64,000 nucleotides of DNA from Felis catus (Eukaryota): assembly GCF_018350175.1 (NCBI RefSeq), contig NC_058368.1, positions 158,040,001-158,104,000 on the forward strand, read 5' to 3'. Positions within the stretch are counted from its first letter, which is position 1; the number at the start of each line of letters is the position of its first letter. Positions 63,947-64,000 of this stretch are shown here, one piece after another. The position numbers and the translations under genes are program-made. The notes under the pieces were generated by a model, which did no database searches, was not told the DNA's origin, and was given only the letters and a program-made list of their open reading frames with translations.

Positions 63947-64000
63947 GGGGCACCTGGTTGGCATAGTCAATTAAGCATCTGAATCTTGATTTCAGCCCAG
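63947..64000 (+). mobile_element. Can-SINE 5' part (runs off the window)
   Basis: ggggcacctggttggcatagtcaattaagcatctgaatcttgatttcagc. Confidence 0.9.

Noticed and set aside
1..64000. Most 60-130 aa ORFs in the supplied track
   Set aside because: They overlap SINEs, L1 antisense strands, LTRs or microsatellites (e.g. ERERE/LSLSL runs, WVAQSVK SINE translations), many use non-ATG starts, and none resembles a host protein I recognise.
1..64000. Prokaryote-style systems (CRISPR arrays, operons, defence islands) or an intact retrovirus
   Set aside because: The sequence is mammalian. There are no regularly spaced repeat-spacer arrays and no gag/pol/env ORFs; only solo LTR relics.

Overview
This is AT-rich mammalian genomic DNA. 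Its tRNA-derived Can-SINEs and L1 3' UTRs are of the cat type, so it is almost certainly from a felid. The window is dominated by interspersed repeats: about 17 Can-SINEs, several generations of L1 (often nested), L2/MIR relics, MaLR/ERVL solo LTRs and hAT-type MER elements. I recognise no host protein-coding exon. The only long ORFs are L1 ORF2 remnants, and most other ORF-track entries are repeat or low-complexity artefacts. The best candidate functional host element is a CpG-enriched unique block at about 43.4-44.6 kb that looks like a promoter or first exon; I cannot name the gene. I found no evidence for a new biological system. The most interesting signals are small retrotransposition and repair signatures: a tailless U2 snRNA retro-fragment, an apparently permuted L1 insertion, an L1 with a short 3' transduction, an internally truncated L1 endonuclease fragment with target-site duplications (TSDs), an (AAT)n tract between 25-bp direct repeats, a fold-back templated insertion, and a nest of perfect AT-rich palindromes. 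Repeat subfamily names come from remembered consensus sequences and need RepeatMasker/Dfam confirmation. Boundaries of old repeats are approximate.
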